64,000 bases of DNA, taken from contig JAYOTP010000003.1 in the NCBI GenBank assembly GCA_038150465.1, positions 46,123 through 110,122 on the forward strand, in the 5' to 3' direction. Position numbers and translations under genes: made by a program. The number at the start of each line of letters is the position of its first letter. Positions within the stretch are counted from its first letter, which is position 1. The stretch comes from Flavobacteriia bacterium. GTDB lineage: Bacteria; Bacteroidota; Bacteroidia; Flavobacteriales; Schleiferiaceae. Below, in pieces: positions 46,828-56,581 of this stretch. Below the pieces are notes generated by a model. It did not search any database. It saw only the letters and a program-made list of their open reading frames with translations, and had not been told where the DNA came from.

Positions 46828-47546
46828 CGGCGCTTTTTATCCTTTGCCTTTCGCTGGTGGGCGGCGAACTCTGCGCACAATACGATGCAGATGCCTACTA
46901 TACCGACAACAAGGTGCACAAACGCATCATGGGCATTGGTGCGCATGTTCAACCCTTTTACAACAACCGCAGGCTGATCAGCAATGAGCTCAACCCGGGC
47001 GGGACTTTTGTCCTATTGGATGAAACGGTGGAGGGCAGCTGGCAGATCGGTGGCGGCCTTGATCTCTACATCGGGCTCGGGCCGAATTTCGAATTCATCA
47101 GCGGGGTCGGTATGGCCTCTTATGGCTTTGCCTATCCGCAGGTACAGAAGGCCTTGGTGGATACCTTTTACAATTGCCGTCTGGAGGAATCGGCTCAGTT
47201 CCTTTCCGTCCCTTTGGCGCTCAGTTTTCGCACCGATATGGGAAATGGCTGGTGGCTTGAATTCATTCCGGCTGCTGAGTTGAGTTGGTTGCGGAGTTAT
47301 GAGGCATTGTACAAGGGCACTGATTCGGATTTTGTGCTCAAAGAAGATCTTGCGGCTCAGGCCAATGATTTTTTTCTCTGGGGCGCTGTATCGGTCGGTG
47401 GGACCTACAGGCCGTACGGAACCTGGGGCTATACCATTCGGGCACAAGGACGATACATGCTCAACAGCCTGATACAAATACCTGATTTTCCGCGGGAGAC
47501 TCTCTATTCCGTTGGGCTCCAGCTGGGCATTCAGTACCGCTTTTAG
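46806..47546 (+). CDS. outer-membrane beta-barrel protein (porin-like, small)
   Basis: Start at MDRISGLTALFILCLSLVGGELCAQ (ATG at 46806, overlaps the alaS end by 22 nt). Alternating beta pattern and the terminal LGIQYRF typical of OMPs. Confidence 0.65.
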   Translation: MDRISGLTALFILCLSLVGGELCAQYDADAYYTDNKVHKRIMGIGAHVQPFYNNRRLISNELNPGGTFVLLDETVEGSWQIGGGLDLYIGLGPNFEFISGVGMASYGFAYPQVQKALVDTFYNCRLEESAQFLSVPLALSFRTDMGNGWWLEFIPAAELSWLRSYEALYKGTDSDFVLKEDLAAQANDFFLWGAVSVGGTYRPYGTWGYTIRAQGRYMLNSLIQIPDFPRETLYSVGLQLGIQYRF

Positions 47547-47559
47547 ACAGGGCGGCGGC

Positions 47560-48180
47560 TCACTCTTTTCGCGCTGCGTAGTTCTCGTTGAGACGGCTGA
47601 CCACTTGCTGGGTCATGTCGTACCGATCGTTGGCCATGAGCAAGGAGCTCGTTGGGCTGAGCGAGAAGATGAAGTCGATGCCTTGTTCTTTTTTCAGTTC
47701 CTTCAGCACGGCGTTCAGGTCGTCCAGAAGTTCATTGGTCAGTCGTGCTTCCTCTTCGGCCAGTTCCTGCGCCCGTGCGTCCCGGTATTGTATGAGCTCC
47801 TGCTGACGCTGCATGAGGTCTGCCTGGGCATACTGCAGTTCTTCCGGACTCATATTCGGTGCCTCCTGCTCGAGCAGGGTGTAGTTCTCCTCGAAGACCT
47901 TGGTCCTTTTCTGAAGGTCCGCATCGAGCAGTCGCGCCTGATTTTCCAGACTTTCCCTCAGTTCCTGCTGATAGGCATAGCCCGCGATCAGGGTGTCGTT
48001 GTTGATGTAGGCGACCCGAAGGGCGGTGGATGCAGTCGACTCTTCTTCGACAGCCGTACTGCTCGGCGTTTCTGCATCAAGATTCTGCTTGTCCGAAGTA
48101 CCCATTACTTTGAAGAGCAGGAATACGATCAAAATGGTCTGTATCCCAAGTAGGCTGAAGATGAGTGCGCGTTGTTGCAT
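47560..48180 (-). CDS. OmpH/Skp family periplasmic chaperone
   Basis: 206 aa: TM/signal segment, then a long Gln/Glu-rich coiled-coil (LQKRTKVFEENYTLLEQE ... MQRQQELIQYRD) and the GIDFIFS motif typical of OmpH. TAATG overlap with the hutU stop. Confidence 0.75.
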   Translation of the reverse strand: MQQRALIFSLLGIQTILIVFLLFKVMGTSDKQNLDAETPSSTAVEEESTASTALRVAYINNDTLIAGYAYQQELRESLENQARLLDADLQKRTKVFEENYTLLEQEAPNMSPEELQYAQADLMQRQQELIQYRDARAQELAEEEARLTNELLDDLNAVLKELKKEQGIDFIFSLSPTSSLLMANDRYDMTQQVVSRLNENYAARKE

Positions 48181-50189
48181 TATGCTTGGTTGAGGTGATC
48201 CTTGATGAGTTGTTCGTCCGCGAGTGCGGGCAAAGTTACTCGAAGGTCGGGGCTTCGCTCCATTTCTCTTTTTATTGCGAAAAGGGCGCCCTCGTTTCGC
48301 GCCCAGGAGCGGCGTGCAATGCCATTGTTGACATCGAAGAAAAGCATTTTCTCCAGTCGGCTGTCCGATGCATCGGATCCATCCAGCAGCATTCCAAATC
48401 CGCCGTTCATCACCTCGCCCCAGCCAACGCCTCCACCGTTGTGGATGCTGACCCAGCTGGCTCCTCTGAAGCCGTCTCCGATCACATTGTGTATGGCCAT
48501 GTCGGCTGTAAATCGGGAGCCATCGTAGATGTTGCTCGTTTCCCGGTAGGGTGAATCCGTGCCCGACACATCGTGGTGATCCCTTCCCAGGATCACAGGA
48601 CCGATACGCCCTTCGCGGATGGCCTGGTTGAATGCGCGTGCGATCAGGATGCGCCCTGCGGAGTCTGCATAGAGGATCCGCGCCATGGAGCCCACCACCA
48701 GCTGATTTTCTTCAGCGCTTCGGATCCATCTCAAATTGTCCCGAAGCTGTTGCTCGATCTCAGGCGGCGCTTGTTCGGCCATTTCTTCCAGTACCGCTCC
48801 AGCGATCCGATCGGTTTCACGCAGGTCCTTTGGATCACCGGAGGCGCACACCCAACGGAAAGGACCGAATCCGAGATCAAAGCACATGGGGCCCATGATG
48901 TCCTGAACATAAGATGGGTATTTGAACTCAAGTCCGTTTTCTGCGAGGATATCGGCCCCGGCCCGCGATGATTCCAAGAGGAAGGCGTTTCCATAGTCAA
49001 AGAAGTAGGTGCCGCGCTGGGCGTGCTTGTTGACGATCCGCACATGACGAACCAGCGTCTTTTGAACCTCTTCCTTGAATTTGGCCGGATCTTCCGCCAT
49101 CAGTCGGTTGCTCTCTTCGAAGCTGAGCCCTACCGGATAGTATCCACCGGCCCAGGGGTTGTGCAACGAGGTCTGGTCGGAACCCAGATCGATCTGGATG
49201 TCCTCTTCATAAAAGCGTTCCCAGACGTCCACAACATTCCCCGAATACGCAATGCTCACAACCTCTTTGTCGCTTTTTGCTTTTCGCACCCGAGCCGCAA
49301 GTTCACCGACCTCGGAAATGACCTCGTCCACCCAGCCCTGACTGTGGCGTGTTTCGGTGGCTTTCGAATTCACTTCCGCCGTTACACTCACGCACCCGGC
49401 GATATTACCTGCCTTGGGTTGTGCGCCACTCATTCCACCCAGACCTGAGGTCACGAACAATTTTCCTTCCAGACCTTCACCATTCTTGGAGATCTTCCGG
49501 CCAGCGTTCAAAACGGTGATGGTGGTTCCGTGCACAATGCCTTGTGGCCCGATGTACATGTACGACCCCGCTGTCATCTGTCCGTACTGAGTCACACCCA
49601 TGGCGTTGAAGCGCTCCCAGTCGTCGGGTTTCGAATAATTGGGGATCATCATGCCGTTGGTGATCACCACCCGGGGTGCGCCTTTTTGGCTCGGGAAGAG
49701 TCCCATCGGATGTCCAGAATACATATGAAGCGTCTGTTCATCGCTCATCTCTGAGAGATACTGCATGGTCAGCAGGTACTGCGCCCAGTTCTGAAAGACC
49801 GCTCCGTTGCCGCCATAGGTGATCAGTTCATGCGGGTGCTGAGCCACCTTGGGATCCAGATTGTTTTGGATCATCAGCATGATGGCAGCGGCCTCGCTGC
49901 AGCGCGCTGGATAGTCGGCAATGGGCCGGGCATGCATCGGGTAATCCGGTCGGTAGCGGTGCATATAGATGCGGCCGTACCGCGCCAATTCATCTGCAAA
50001 TTCCGGTAGAAGTTCCTTGTGCAGCGGCTCAGGAAAATAGCGCAATGCATTTCTCAGGGCGAGTACTTTTTCATCCTCGGTCAGGATCTCCTTTCGGCGT
50101 GGCGCGTGATTGATCCGCTCATCGATCTCCTTCTTTGGTGGCAGCTCAGCGGGGATGCCCGCACGAATGGCTTTTTGGAATTCATTCAT
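48180..50189 (-). CDS. hutU: urocanate hydratase
   Basis: 669 aa, conserved across the whole length of urocanase (YGGNGAVFQNW, GQMTAGSYMYIGPQGIVHGT, GLGGMSGAQP, DGSRFTADMA). Confidence 0.95.
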   Translation of the reverse strand: MNEFQKAIRAGIPAELPPKKEIDERINHAPRRKEILTEDEKVLALRNALRYFPEPLHKELLPEFADELARYGRIYMHRYRPDYPMHARPIADYPARCSEAAAIMLMIQNNLDPKVAQHPHELITYGGNGAVFQNWAQYLLTMQYLSEMSDEQTLHMYSGHPMGLFPSQKGAPRVVITNGMMIPNYSKPDDWERFNAMGVTQYGQMTAGSYMYIGPQGIVHGTTITVLNAGRKISKNGEGLEGKLFVTSGLGGMSGAQPKAGNIAGCVSVTAEVNSKATETRHSQGWVDEVISEVGELAARVRKAKSDKEVVSIAYSGNVVDVWERFYEEDIQIDLGSDQTSLHNPWAGGYYPVGLSFEESNRLMAEDPAKFKEEVQKTLVRHVRIVNKHAQRGTYFFDYGNAFLLESSRAGADILAENGLEFKYPSYVQDIMGPMCFDLGFGPFRWVCASGDPKDLRETDRIAGAVLEEMAEQAPPEIEQQLRDNLRWIRSAEENQLVVGSMARILYADSAGRILIARAFNQAIREGRIGPVILGRDHHDVSGTDSPYRETSNIYDGSRFTADMAIHNVIGDGFRGASWVSIHNGGGVGWGEVMNGGFGMLLDGSDASDSRLEKMLFFDVNNGIARRSWARNEGALFAIKREMERSPDLRVTLPALADEQLIKDHLNQA

Positions 50190-50392
50190 GACAAATGCGT
50201 GTCTGGGGGTCCGTTTTTTCGGTCTTCTTTCTTTTTCTTGCCTGTTTTCCCTGTTCGTTTATCGAATCCATAGGGGCAGTGCTTACAACCGCTCTGACAA
50301 CAATAACCTCTCTTCAGGTGGTAGCGTTCAGTGAAAACGAGAAATCCCTCGGGTGCATAATAAAAGTCTTCCGGTTCGAGTTCATTCGGCAT
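50186..50392 (-). CDS. small Cys-rich protein (DUF5522-like, CCxxGCxxCPYG motif)
   Basis: Start at the ATG at 50392 (MPNELEPEDFYYAPEGFLVFTERYHLKRGYCCQSGCKHCPYGF), with a Lys-rich tail. ATGA overlap with the hutU start. Confidence 0.55.
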   Translation of the reverse strand: MPNELEPEDFYYAPEGFLVFTERYHLKRGYCCQSGCKHCPYGFDKRTGKTGKKKKEDRKNGPPDTHLS

Positions 50393-50467
50393 GCGGCAAA
50401 TATCGGTTGGAGGAAATGATGTGCACTCGGCGGATGATCGGCCGGTCACCCTTTTATATTCGCACAC

Positions 50468-51343
50468 ATGAACAGGCACAAGAGGAGCTTCCTCGGGCTT
50501 TTGCTCGGGACTGTATCGATGGGTACTTCATTGATCATGGAGGCCCAGACCGATCGCCAGCGCTACGTGGAGGACTACAAGGACATGGCGATCGCAGAGA
50601 TGGATCGATACGGCATTCCGGCGAGCATCACCCTGGCGCAGGGCATATTGGAATCGGGAAATGGCAAAAGTCGACTCGCAGTTGCAGGGCGCAATCACTT
50701 TGGGATCAAATGCCATAACGGTTGGGATGGGGGCAGGGTCTACCACGATGATGACAAGGCCAACGAGTGCTTCCGCAAGTACGACAAGGTCGAAGATTCG
50801 TTTCGTGACCATTCGCTCTTTTTGGCCGAGCGCAGCCGATACGCATTCCTCTTTGAACTTCCGATGGACGACTACCGCTCATGGGCCAGGGGATTGCAGA
50901 AAGCAGGCTACGCCACCAGTAAGAAATACGCCGATCTGCTCATCCGTATCATTGAAGACGAGCGTTTGTACCGCTTTGATGAAGTGTCGGAGGGTATCCT
51001 GCTGGATCCCCATGAGATCCGAAGGCATGCGGTCGGACTGCGATTCATCCAGGCGGAAAAGGGCGATACATGGGAAAGTCTGGCTGCAGAGCTGGATATG
51101 TCCGTAGATCGGCTGCTCAAGTACAATGAGTGCAGCTACGATCGGGAGCTGCCGCCTGGAATGTTCGTCTTTCTTCAGAAGAAAAAACGGAGATCGACTC
51201 GGGCGGATTATCGGGTGCAGGAAGGCGACGATATGTACCTCATTTCACAGAAGATGGGCATTCGACTGAAATATCTCTACCAACGGAATGGAATGGCTGT
51301 GGGCGCCCAGCCGGCGGTCGGTCAGCTGCTCAATCTTCGTTGA
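50468..51343 (+). CDS. glucosaminidase-domain peptidoglycan hydrolase with two LysM-like repeats
   Basis: 291 aa: signal peptide, GIPASITLAQGILESGNGKSRLA ... NHFGIKC glucosaminidase core, then IQAEKGDTWESLAAEL and YRVQEGDDMYLISQKMG LysM-like segments. Confidence 0.85.
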   Translation: MNRHKRSFLGLLLGTVSMGTSLIMEAQTDRQRYVEDYKDMAIAEMDRYGIPASITLAQGILESGNGKSRLAVAGRNHFGIKCHNGWDGGRVYHDDDKANECFRKYDKVEDSFRDHSLFLAERSRYAFLFELPMDDYRSWARGLQKAGYATSKKYADLLIRIIEDERLYRFDEVSEGILLDPHEIRRHAVGLRFIQAEKGDTWESLAAELDMSVDRLLKYNECSYDRELPPGMFVFLQKKKRRSTRADYRVQEGDDMYLISQKMGIRLKYLYQRNGMAVGAQPAVGQLLNLR

Positions 51344-53876
51344 GCGCAGCTTCATAGTGGATCAGACTGCCCCCGCTTCCGGCGACCAGAATGTTGAGCC
51401 GCCCGCTTGAAAAGAAATCGCCTGCCGTCCAGTCTCCGTCTCCGTAAACAGGGAAACCGTCGACCTCGCGTCCATCGATATTGAACAGGTGGAGTTTGTT
51501 GTTCTCGTCATCGAGGGCGAGGATCAGGAATTGTCCTTCGAGCATCAAAGGCTTGATTCGTTCCCACTTGGCCTCTTTGCGTATCTCCCGTGTGGTATTC
51601 GGCGTTTGGAATTCAAGGATGCCATCTTCGTAGCGAATGCCATTTCCTTCGAAGAGCCGGAACCAATCGGCCGTGACCATTGAACTGTCTATGTTGCCAT
51701 CGGTGAAGATGTGCACCAGCTTTCCTCGGGCATTCAAGCCTGTGAATCCATCGAGTTTTGGGTTCCCCCGGTCCTGTGCCCACCAATTGCTGCCTGGCGA
51801 CAAGGCCATCTCCAGATCCTCTTTCCATCGCTTCTTGCCCGCACGGCTGGTGAGCCTCATGGCATCCTCGGACTGAAAGCAGAGAAAGTCTTTCCCACCC
51901 GATTGCAAGAGGATCGGACTGCGGATGACGGGTGCTTCCATGGGCGCGAAGGTCCAGCCACTGACGGCTTGTCCTTCTTCGTCATAATTCAAAACCTGAG
52001 GGCCGCAGGGCACGAGTATGCGGTATTTGCGCACCTTGTCGTAATCAAAGACGGTAAGTCCAGCTGTAGCTCCGGGATCCAGATCGATCGGGAATCCTTC
52101 CAATGCACTTCCAATTCGATCGAAGCCGTAAAGGCTTCCGGCCGTATTGAGCACATACTGCAGTTTGTCGTTCTTATACCTGTCGATCGCATAGGGCTGG
52201 CCAAGGATCTTCCCGTCGAGTTGTACGCGCCAATCGATCGCCCCTTTGGTGTTCAGAAGGTAGAGCACATAATTGGTGTCCTGTACCAGGAAGGCTCTGG
52301 GCCCGCCACGGTGGCTGGGCAGATCGAACGGCCCGGCAATGACCGGGCTCTCCAGGCTCGCTGTCCAGGTATTGCGTACCGGCTTGTTCTTCAGGCTTCC
52401 GCTGTTCAGGCTTCCCTTGATGTAGGTCCATTCCCCACGCTGCAGCAAAGAGATGCCTCCAGAACGGATCAAGCCCAAGGCTTTCTCGCTGTTGGGCAGG
52501 GAGGGCATTCCCTTCCCGTTGACAAAGTGCATGAGCACATGGGCGAGCCCTGGGTTTTGGAAGCCCATATGGCGGTTCGCGTCACCACTCGGATAGAATC
52601 GTTCAGGAGAAGAGCCAAACTGCCCCTCGAGATGTTCACCTGTTTGCAATTCGTTGATGGTCTGCTTGAGCCCATCGGAAGATGCCGATAAATAGATTCG
52701 GCCATCGATGATGCAGAAATGGTCGCATGCTGTGGAGAAACGCTGGTAGGGAAACAGGTGGTCCAGAGAACAGGGGCGGTCCAAATGGACGATCTCAATG
52801 GCCCTGAACAATTCTGTAGATGCCACATCGGTCTGAAAATCCGACAAAATGGTTCGGGGGTCCGTCTCCAGTGTACCCATGAAGAATACCGGGAAGAGGT
52901 AGTGTCCATTTTTTTCGTCGGGCAGAAAGAACGTACCGCAACTTCGGCGTTCATCGAACCAGTTGCTCAACTCGCTCAAAGGACCTGTCGGCTGCTGCAG
53001 ACCATCTGTTTTGAGCCGCTTGGTCGACCACAGGGCGGCAGATGCCGGAATGAAGTCTTGTTTTTCAAACTCGTGATTGATGGTCTGCTGCATGGGTTCG
53101 GGCATCTGCTGTGCCGCCCGATTGATGATGCCCGAGAAGTAGAATCTGTCCTTGCCCAGCACAAGATCCAATGCCATCCAGCCATCGATCCCATTCCATT
53201 CGGGAAGCTGACTTCTTTCGAACCAATGGCCCCAGAGCGACCTCATTTCCTCCACCTGAAGGAAGATGGTCATATCGGTGCCTTCATCTGCGCTGCTGAT
53301 GAGTTTGGTCATGCCTTCACTCATTCCGGATCCTTCTTCCTGCACGCCTTTTCGTATGGTCTCCTCCAAAAGGAGTCGGGAACCGGTAAGGAACCAGTTG
53401 CCCCCGATGGCTGTGAGGAACCATTGAGCGGAATCCGATTCGATCTTCAGGAAACGGCTTCCGGAATAAGTGGATTCGGTCCAGTCAACACCAGCCAGTA
53501 GCTCGGCGACCTCTTTCTCAGACAGCGGACCGGGATCAAAAATGAGTGCGGCGTCATAGCGGTCGGCCCCAGAGGCCGCAATGCACAGGAGCATGTCTTT
53601 GGGCATCGGGAAGGCGTCATCCACCTCGGCCTTTGGAAAGATCTCTTTCAGGAGTTCGACAGCCGCTTTTCCTGAAGGAAAGGCGGACGGAATGTCAAAG
53701 AATCCGTGCTGAACACAATCCAAGATCCCCTGCATGCCTTCATGTAGGTCAATGACCATGGCCGAGCGGACAGGCACGAGCGTCCAGGGGTCTGCACTTT
53801 CGGCGGTGTCATCACTGCAGCCTGTGAACAGGCAGGCAGAGATCAGAAGAACACGAATGACGAACAACGGACGCAT
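51330..53876 (-). CDS. large hypothetical lipoprotein with putative C-terminal beta-propeller
   Basis: 848 aa: MRPLFVIRVLLISACLFTGCSDD lipobox. No family recognised by eye. The C-terminal 350 aa carry recurring G-x-x-(V/L)-x-G-(F/W) strands (GSALEGFPIDL, GQAVSGWTFAP, GREVDGFPVYG). Confidence 0.6.
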   Translation of the reverse strand: MRPLFVIRVLLISACLFTGCSDDTAESADPWTLVPVRSAMVIDLHEGMQGILDCVQHGFFDIPSAFPSGKAAVELLKEIFPKAEVDDAFPMPKDMLLCIAASGADRYDAALIFDPGPLSEKEVAELLAGVDWTESTYSGSRFLKIESDSAQWFLTAIGGNWFLTGSRLLLEETIRKGVQEEGSGMSEGMTKLISSADEGTDMTIFLQVEEMRSLWGHWFERSQLPEWNGIDGWMALDLVLGKDRFYFSGIINRAAQQMPEPMQQTINHEFEKQDFIPASAALWSTKRLKTDGLQQPTGPLSELSNWFDERRSCGTFFLPDEKNGHYLFPVFFMGTLETDPRTILSDFQTDVASTELFRAIEIVHLDRPCSLDHLFPYQRFSTACDHFCIIDGRIYLSASSDGLKQTINELQTGEHLEGQFGSSPERFYPSGDANRHMGFQNPGLAHVLMHFVNGKGMPSLPNSEKALGLIRSGGISLLQRGEWTYIKGSLNSGSLKNKPVRNTWTASLESPVIAGPFDLPSHRGGPRAFLVQDTNYVLYLLNTKGAIDWRVQLDGKILGQPYAIDRYKNDKLQYVLNTAGSLYGFDRIGSALEGFPIDLDPGATAGLTVFDYDKVRKYRILVPCGPQVLNYDEEGQAVSGWTFAPMEAPVIRSPILLQSGGKDFLCFQSEDAMRLTSRAGKKRWKEDLEMALSPGSNWWAQDRGNPKLDGFTGLNARGKLVHIFTDGNIDSSMVTADWFRLFEGNGIRYEDGILEFQTPNTTREIRKEAKWERIKPLMLEGQFLILALDDENNKLHLFNIDGREVDGFPVYGDGDWTAGDFFSSGRLNILVAGSGGSLIHYEAALNED

Positions 53877-53885
53877 GGCGCAAAT

Positions 53886-54500
53886 TTATGATGGTCCCTC
53901 GAGTGGCAGGCTCAGTTGCTCAGGCAAAAGACGAAAACTCTGACGGTGCAGCTCGCAGGGTCCTGTCCGAAGGATCGCTTGTCTGTGAGCTGCTGTTGGA
54001 TAACCCTTGTTCTTGTGCCAGTCGTATTGCGGATGCGCCTCGTGAAGCGTTCTCATCAATTGGTCCCGGTGTTCTTTGGCCAGGATGCTGGCAGCGGCAA
54101 TGGAACGAAAACGGCCATCTCCCTTGATCATGCACCTGTGTTCGATCTTCTTGTAGGCTTTGAATCGGTTGCCATCGATCAGCAAGAGGTCGGGTCGGTG
54201 GGTCAATGCATCCAGCGCTTTGTGCATGGCAAGGATGGAGGCGTTGAGGATGTTGATCCGGTCGATCTCTTCAGGGCCGATCTCTGCAATGCCCCAGGCC
54301 AGGGCTTCTTTTTTGATCTTCGGGACCAGGCGTTCCCTTGCTTTTTCGCTCAGCTTTTTTGAATCGTCGAGTTCGTGCAGTTTCGTTTGTTCCGGGAGGA
54401 TGACGGCAGCGGCCACCACAGGACCTGCCAGACAACCCCTTCCCGCTTCGTCGCATCCCGCCTCGACACGCCCCCTTTCACAAAACCGAAGCAGGCTCAT
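53886..54500 (-). CDS. rnhB: ribonuclease HII
   Basis: Start at the internal ATG at 54500 (MSLLRFCERGRVEAGCDEAGRGCLAGPVVAAAV). DDSKKLS and the IAAASILAK motif. ATGA overlap with the upstream stop. Confidence 0.92.
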   Translation of the reverse strand: MSLLRFCERGRVEAGCDEAGRGCLAGPVVAAAVILPEQTKLHELDDSKKLSEKARERLVPKIKKEALAWGIAEIGPEEIDRINILNASILAMHKALDALTHRPDLLLIDGNRFKAYKKIEHRCMIKGDGRFRSIAAASILAKEHRDQLMRTLHEAHPQYDWHKNKGYPTAAHRQAILRTGPCELHRQSFRLLPEQLSLPLEGPS

Positions 54501-55645
54501 TTCTGAAGATTGGATTCGATGACCTTCCAAACCACCTCTGCACTTCGTTCCCAGGAGTAGTGCTGCAGACGTTCTGCTCCCAGGTCGACCAGGCGTTCGC
54601 GAAGGCCATCGGATGCGCTGATCTGCTCCATGGCGGCACACATTTCCGTTTCTGAGTCCGGATCGAACAAGAGGGCTGCATCTCCCGCTACTTCCGGAAG
54701 TGATGTCCGGTTGGAACACAATACAGGAGTGCCTGCCGAAAAGGCCTCGAGGATCGGTATTCCAAAACCTTCATAGAGGCTTGGGCAGACCATGGCCTGA
54801 GCGCCGCTGAGCAATACATACTTTTCTTTTTCGCTCAATCTGCCCGTCAGGTGGATGCGGCTTTTGTCGATGGAGGACAACAGGGATGCCCATTCTTTGC
54901 GGTAATGTCCGGCCGCTTCACCGGCGATGATCAAATGGTGATCCGATCCCGAACCAGCTACGAACCGCTGGAACGCGGCCATGAGCCGAGCCAGGTTCTT
55001 CCTTTTGTGGATGGCCCCGACATACGCAAAATAGGGAGCGTCTGAAGTCAGGTGGGAAAATGGGTTGGGATGGTTTTCCGTTTCCCATGATCGCTGCTCC
55101 GGGAGTGCGTTTGCTGCAATGTGGATCTTTTCAGCTGGCAGTCCGTAGGAAGTTACCAGATCCCGTTTGGAATGGTCCGATACGGTGAGCACCTCTTTGG
55201 CTGTGCGTGCAAATCGGGGGAAGAATCGGTTGTAGAACTGCGCCACGGAGGCAGGCAGGTCTTCAGGGCGGTGCAGGAAGTTCAGGTCGTGGATCGCGAT
55301 GATCTGGGGAAAAGGACTTTGTGGCAAGCCAAAACCGTCGAGCGATAAGAATGTATCGATCTTTTTCCGCCTCAGGTAGATGGGAAGAGTGATCTCAAGC
55401 CAACACCGCCATAAGAGCGGGTGACGCGTCGGCGGTGGCAGCTGAACAGCTGTGCAATTCGAAGAATAGATGAATCGTTCGTGGAAGGGCCTGTCGAACA
55501 GCAGAAGGAATTCCACTTCCGGATGCGAACGGGTCAGGCGCTTCAAGATTTCGTCGGTGTATACGCCCAGGCCCTCCAGTCTGCCATCCTGCAGCAGGCG
55601 CGCATTCACTGCAATGCGCTTCCTTTCTTTTTTGGATTCACTCAA
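54497..55645 (-). CDS. glycosyltransferase family 4 (GT-B fold)
   Basis: 382 aa: C-terminal EGFGIPILEAFSAGTPVLCSNRTSLPEV E-x7-E-type motif. The start at 55645 is a TTG codon, so the exact start is uncertain. Confidence 0.8.
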   Translation of the reverse strand: MSESKKERKRIAVNARLLQDGRLEGLGVYTDEILKRLTRSHPEVEFLLLFDRPFHERFIYSSNCTAVQLPPPTRHPLLWRCWLEITLPIYLRRKKIDTFLSLDGFGLPQSPFPQIIAIHDLNFLHRPEDLPASVAQFYNRFFPRFARTAKEVLTVSDHSKRDLVTSYGLPAEKIHIAANALPEQRSWETENHPNPFSHLTSDAPYFAYVGAIHKRKNLARLMAAFQRFVAGSGSDHHLIIAGEAAGHYRKEWASLLSSIDKSRIHLTGRLSEKEKYVLLSGAQAMVCPSLYEGFGIPILEAFSAGTPVLCSNRTSLPEVAGDAALLFDPDSETEMCAAMEQISASDGLRERLVDLGAERLQHYSWERSAEVVWKVIESNLQK

Positions 55646-56009
55646 GGGTAAGTGAACGCTGGTAGAGGAAGAAAATGGCCAAGCAGCCCACAGTACTCAA
55701 CAGAATGTTCAACGCCAAAAAACCCCAGGCGCCCTCTTGAAGCAACCGATGGTTTTCCAGCGAAAAAGTGGAAAAAGTGGACAGGCCACCACAGAATCCG
55801 ATCATCCCGAACATGCGGCTCTTTGCGCTTATGCTTTCCTGATCGAGGCCAACGAGCAGGGCCATGAAAAGACAGGCCAACACATTGGCCAGGAGCGTGG
55901 ACCAGGGGAAGAGACTCTTGCCCCACCCGAAGAATGTTCCAAGCTGGCCAATGCCAAATCGCAGCAGGCTTCCCAATCCTCCACCGGCAAAAACGAGCAG
56001 AGCATTCAT
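55638..56009 (-). CDS. crcB: fluoride efflux channel CrcB
   Basis: Start at the ATG at 56009 ([21 protein letters not shown]); FCGGLSTFSTFS motif; 123 aa. ATGA overlap with the upstream PAP2 stop. Confidence 0.9.
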   Translation of the reverse strand: MNALLVFAGGGLGSLLRFGIGQLGTFFGWGKSLFPWSTLLANVLACLFMALLVGLDQESISAKSRMFGMIGFCGGLSTFSTFSLENHRLLQEGAWGFLALNILLSTVGCLAIFFLYQRSLTLE

Positions 56010-56581
56010 GAAATGGTTCTTTTCATCGCAGCGGAAAAACGTGTCAGGAACAAACTTAGCAGATAGCCAATGAAGCCGCCGAGCAGGGCCCCGCCAAGTA
56101 CGTCTGCAGGATAGTGCACCCCGAGGTAGATCCGGCTGAATCCGACCAAGGCGGCCCAAAACAGAAGAAAGCGTCGGGTCCAGGTCGCATCGGGCAGAAA
56201 GTTGTAAAGCAGGATGGCAATGCCCGCTGTATTGGCCGCGTGGGAAGAAACGAATCCGAACTTCCCACCACAGCCATCCACGATGCGAAGTCGATCGGCC
56301 AGATCGGACACATGGCAGGGCCGCAGCCGCTCAAATATTTCTTTGAAAGCGTGTACGCTGATCTGATCGGTGAGCACAACACACAGTATACATGCGATGA
56401 CCCCCAGTCCAAAACCCTTCCTGGAGTGAAAATGCCACATACTGCCCAGAAGAAAAAGGTAGAGGGGGAGCCAGCCCATCTCGCTGCTGACAAAGACCAT
56501 GGCCGCATCCCAATTTGGGTTGCCCATGCCGTTCAGCCAGACCATCAACTCTGTGTCCCAGGAAACAAGGCGCTCCATCAT
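56006..56581 (-). CDS. PAP2-superfamily phosphatase (undecaprenyl-diphosphatase-like)
   Basis: 191 aa, membrane protein with KxxxxxxRP (KEIFERLRP), SSH (FVSSHAAN) and SRxxxxxHxxxD ([13 protein letters not shown]) motifs. Confidence 0.85.
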   Translation of the reverse strand: MMERLVSWDTELMVWLNGMGNPNWDAAMVFVSSEMGWLPLYLFLLGSMWHFHSRKGFGLGVIACILCVVLTDQISVHAFKEIFERLRPCHVSDLADRLRIVDGCGGKFGFVSSHAANTAGIAILLYNFLPDATWTRRFLLFWAALVGFSRIYLGVHYPADVLGGALLGGFIGYLLSLFLTRFSAAMKRTIS

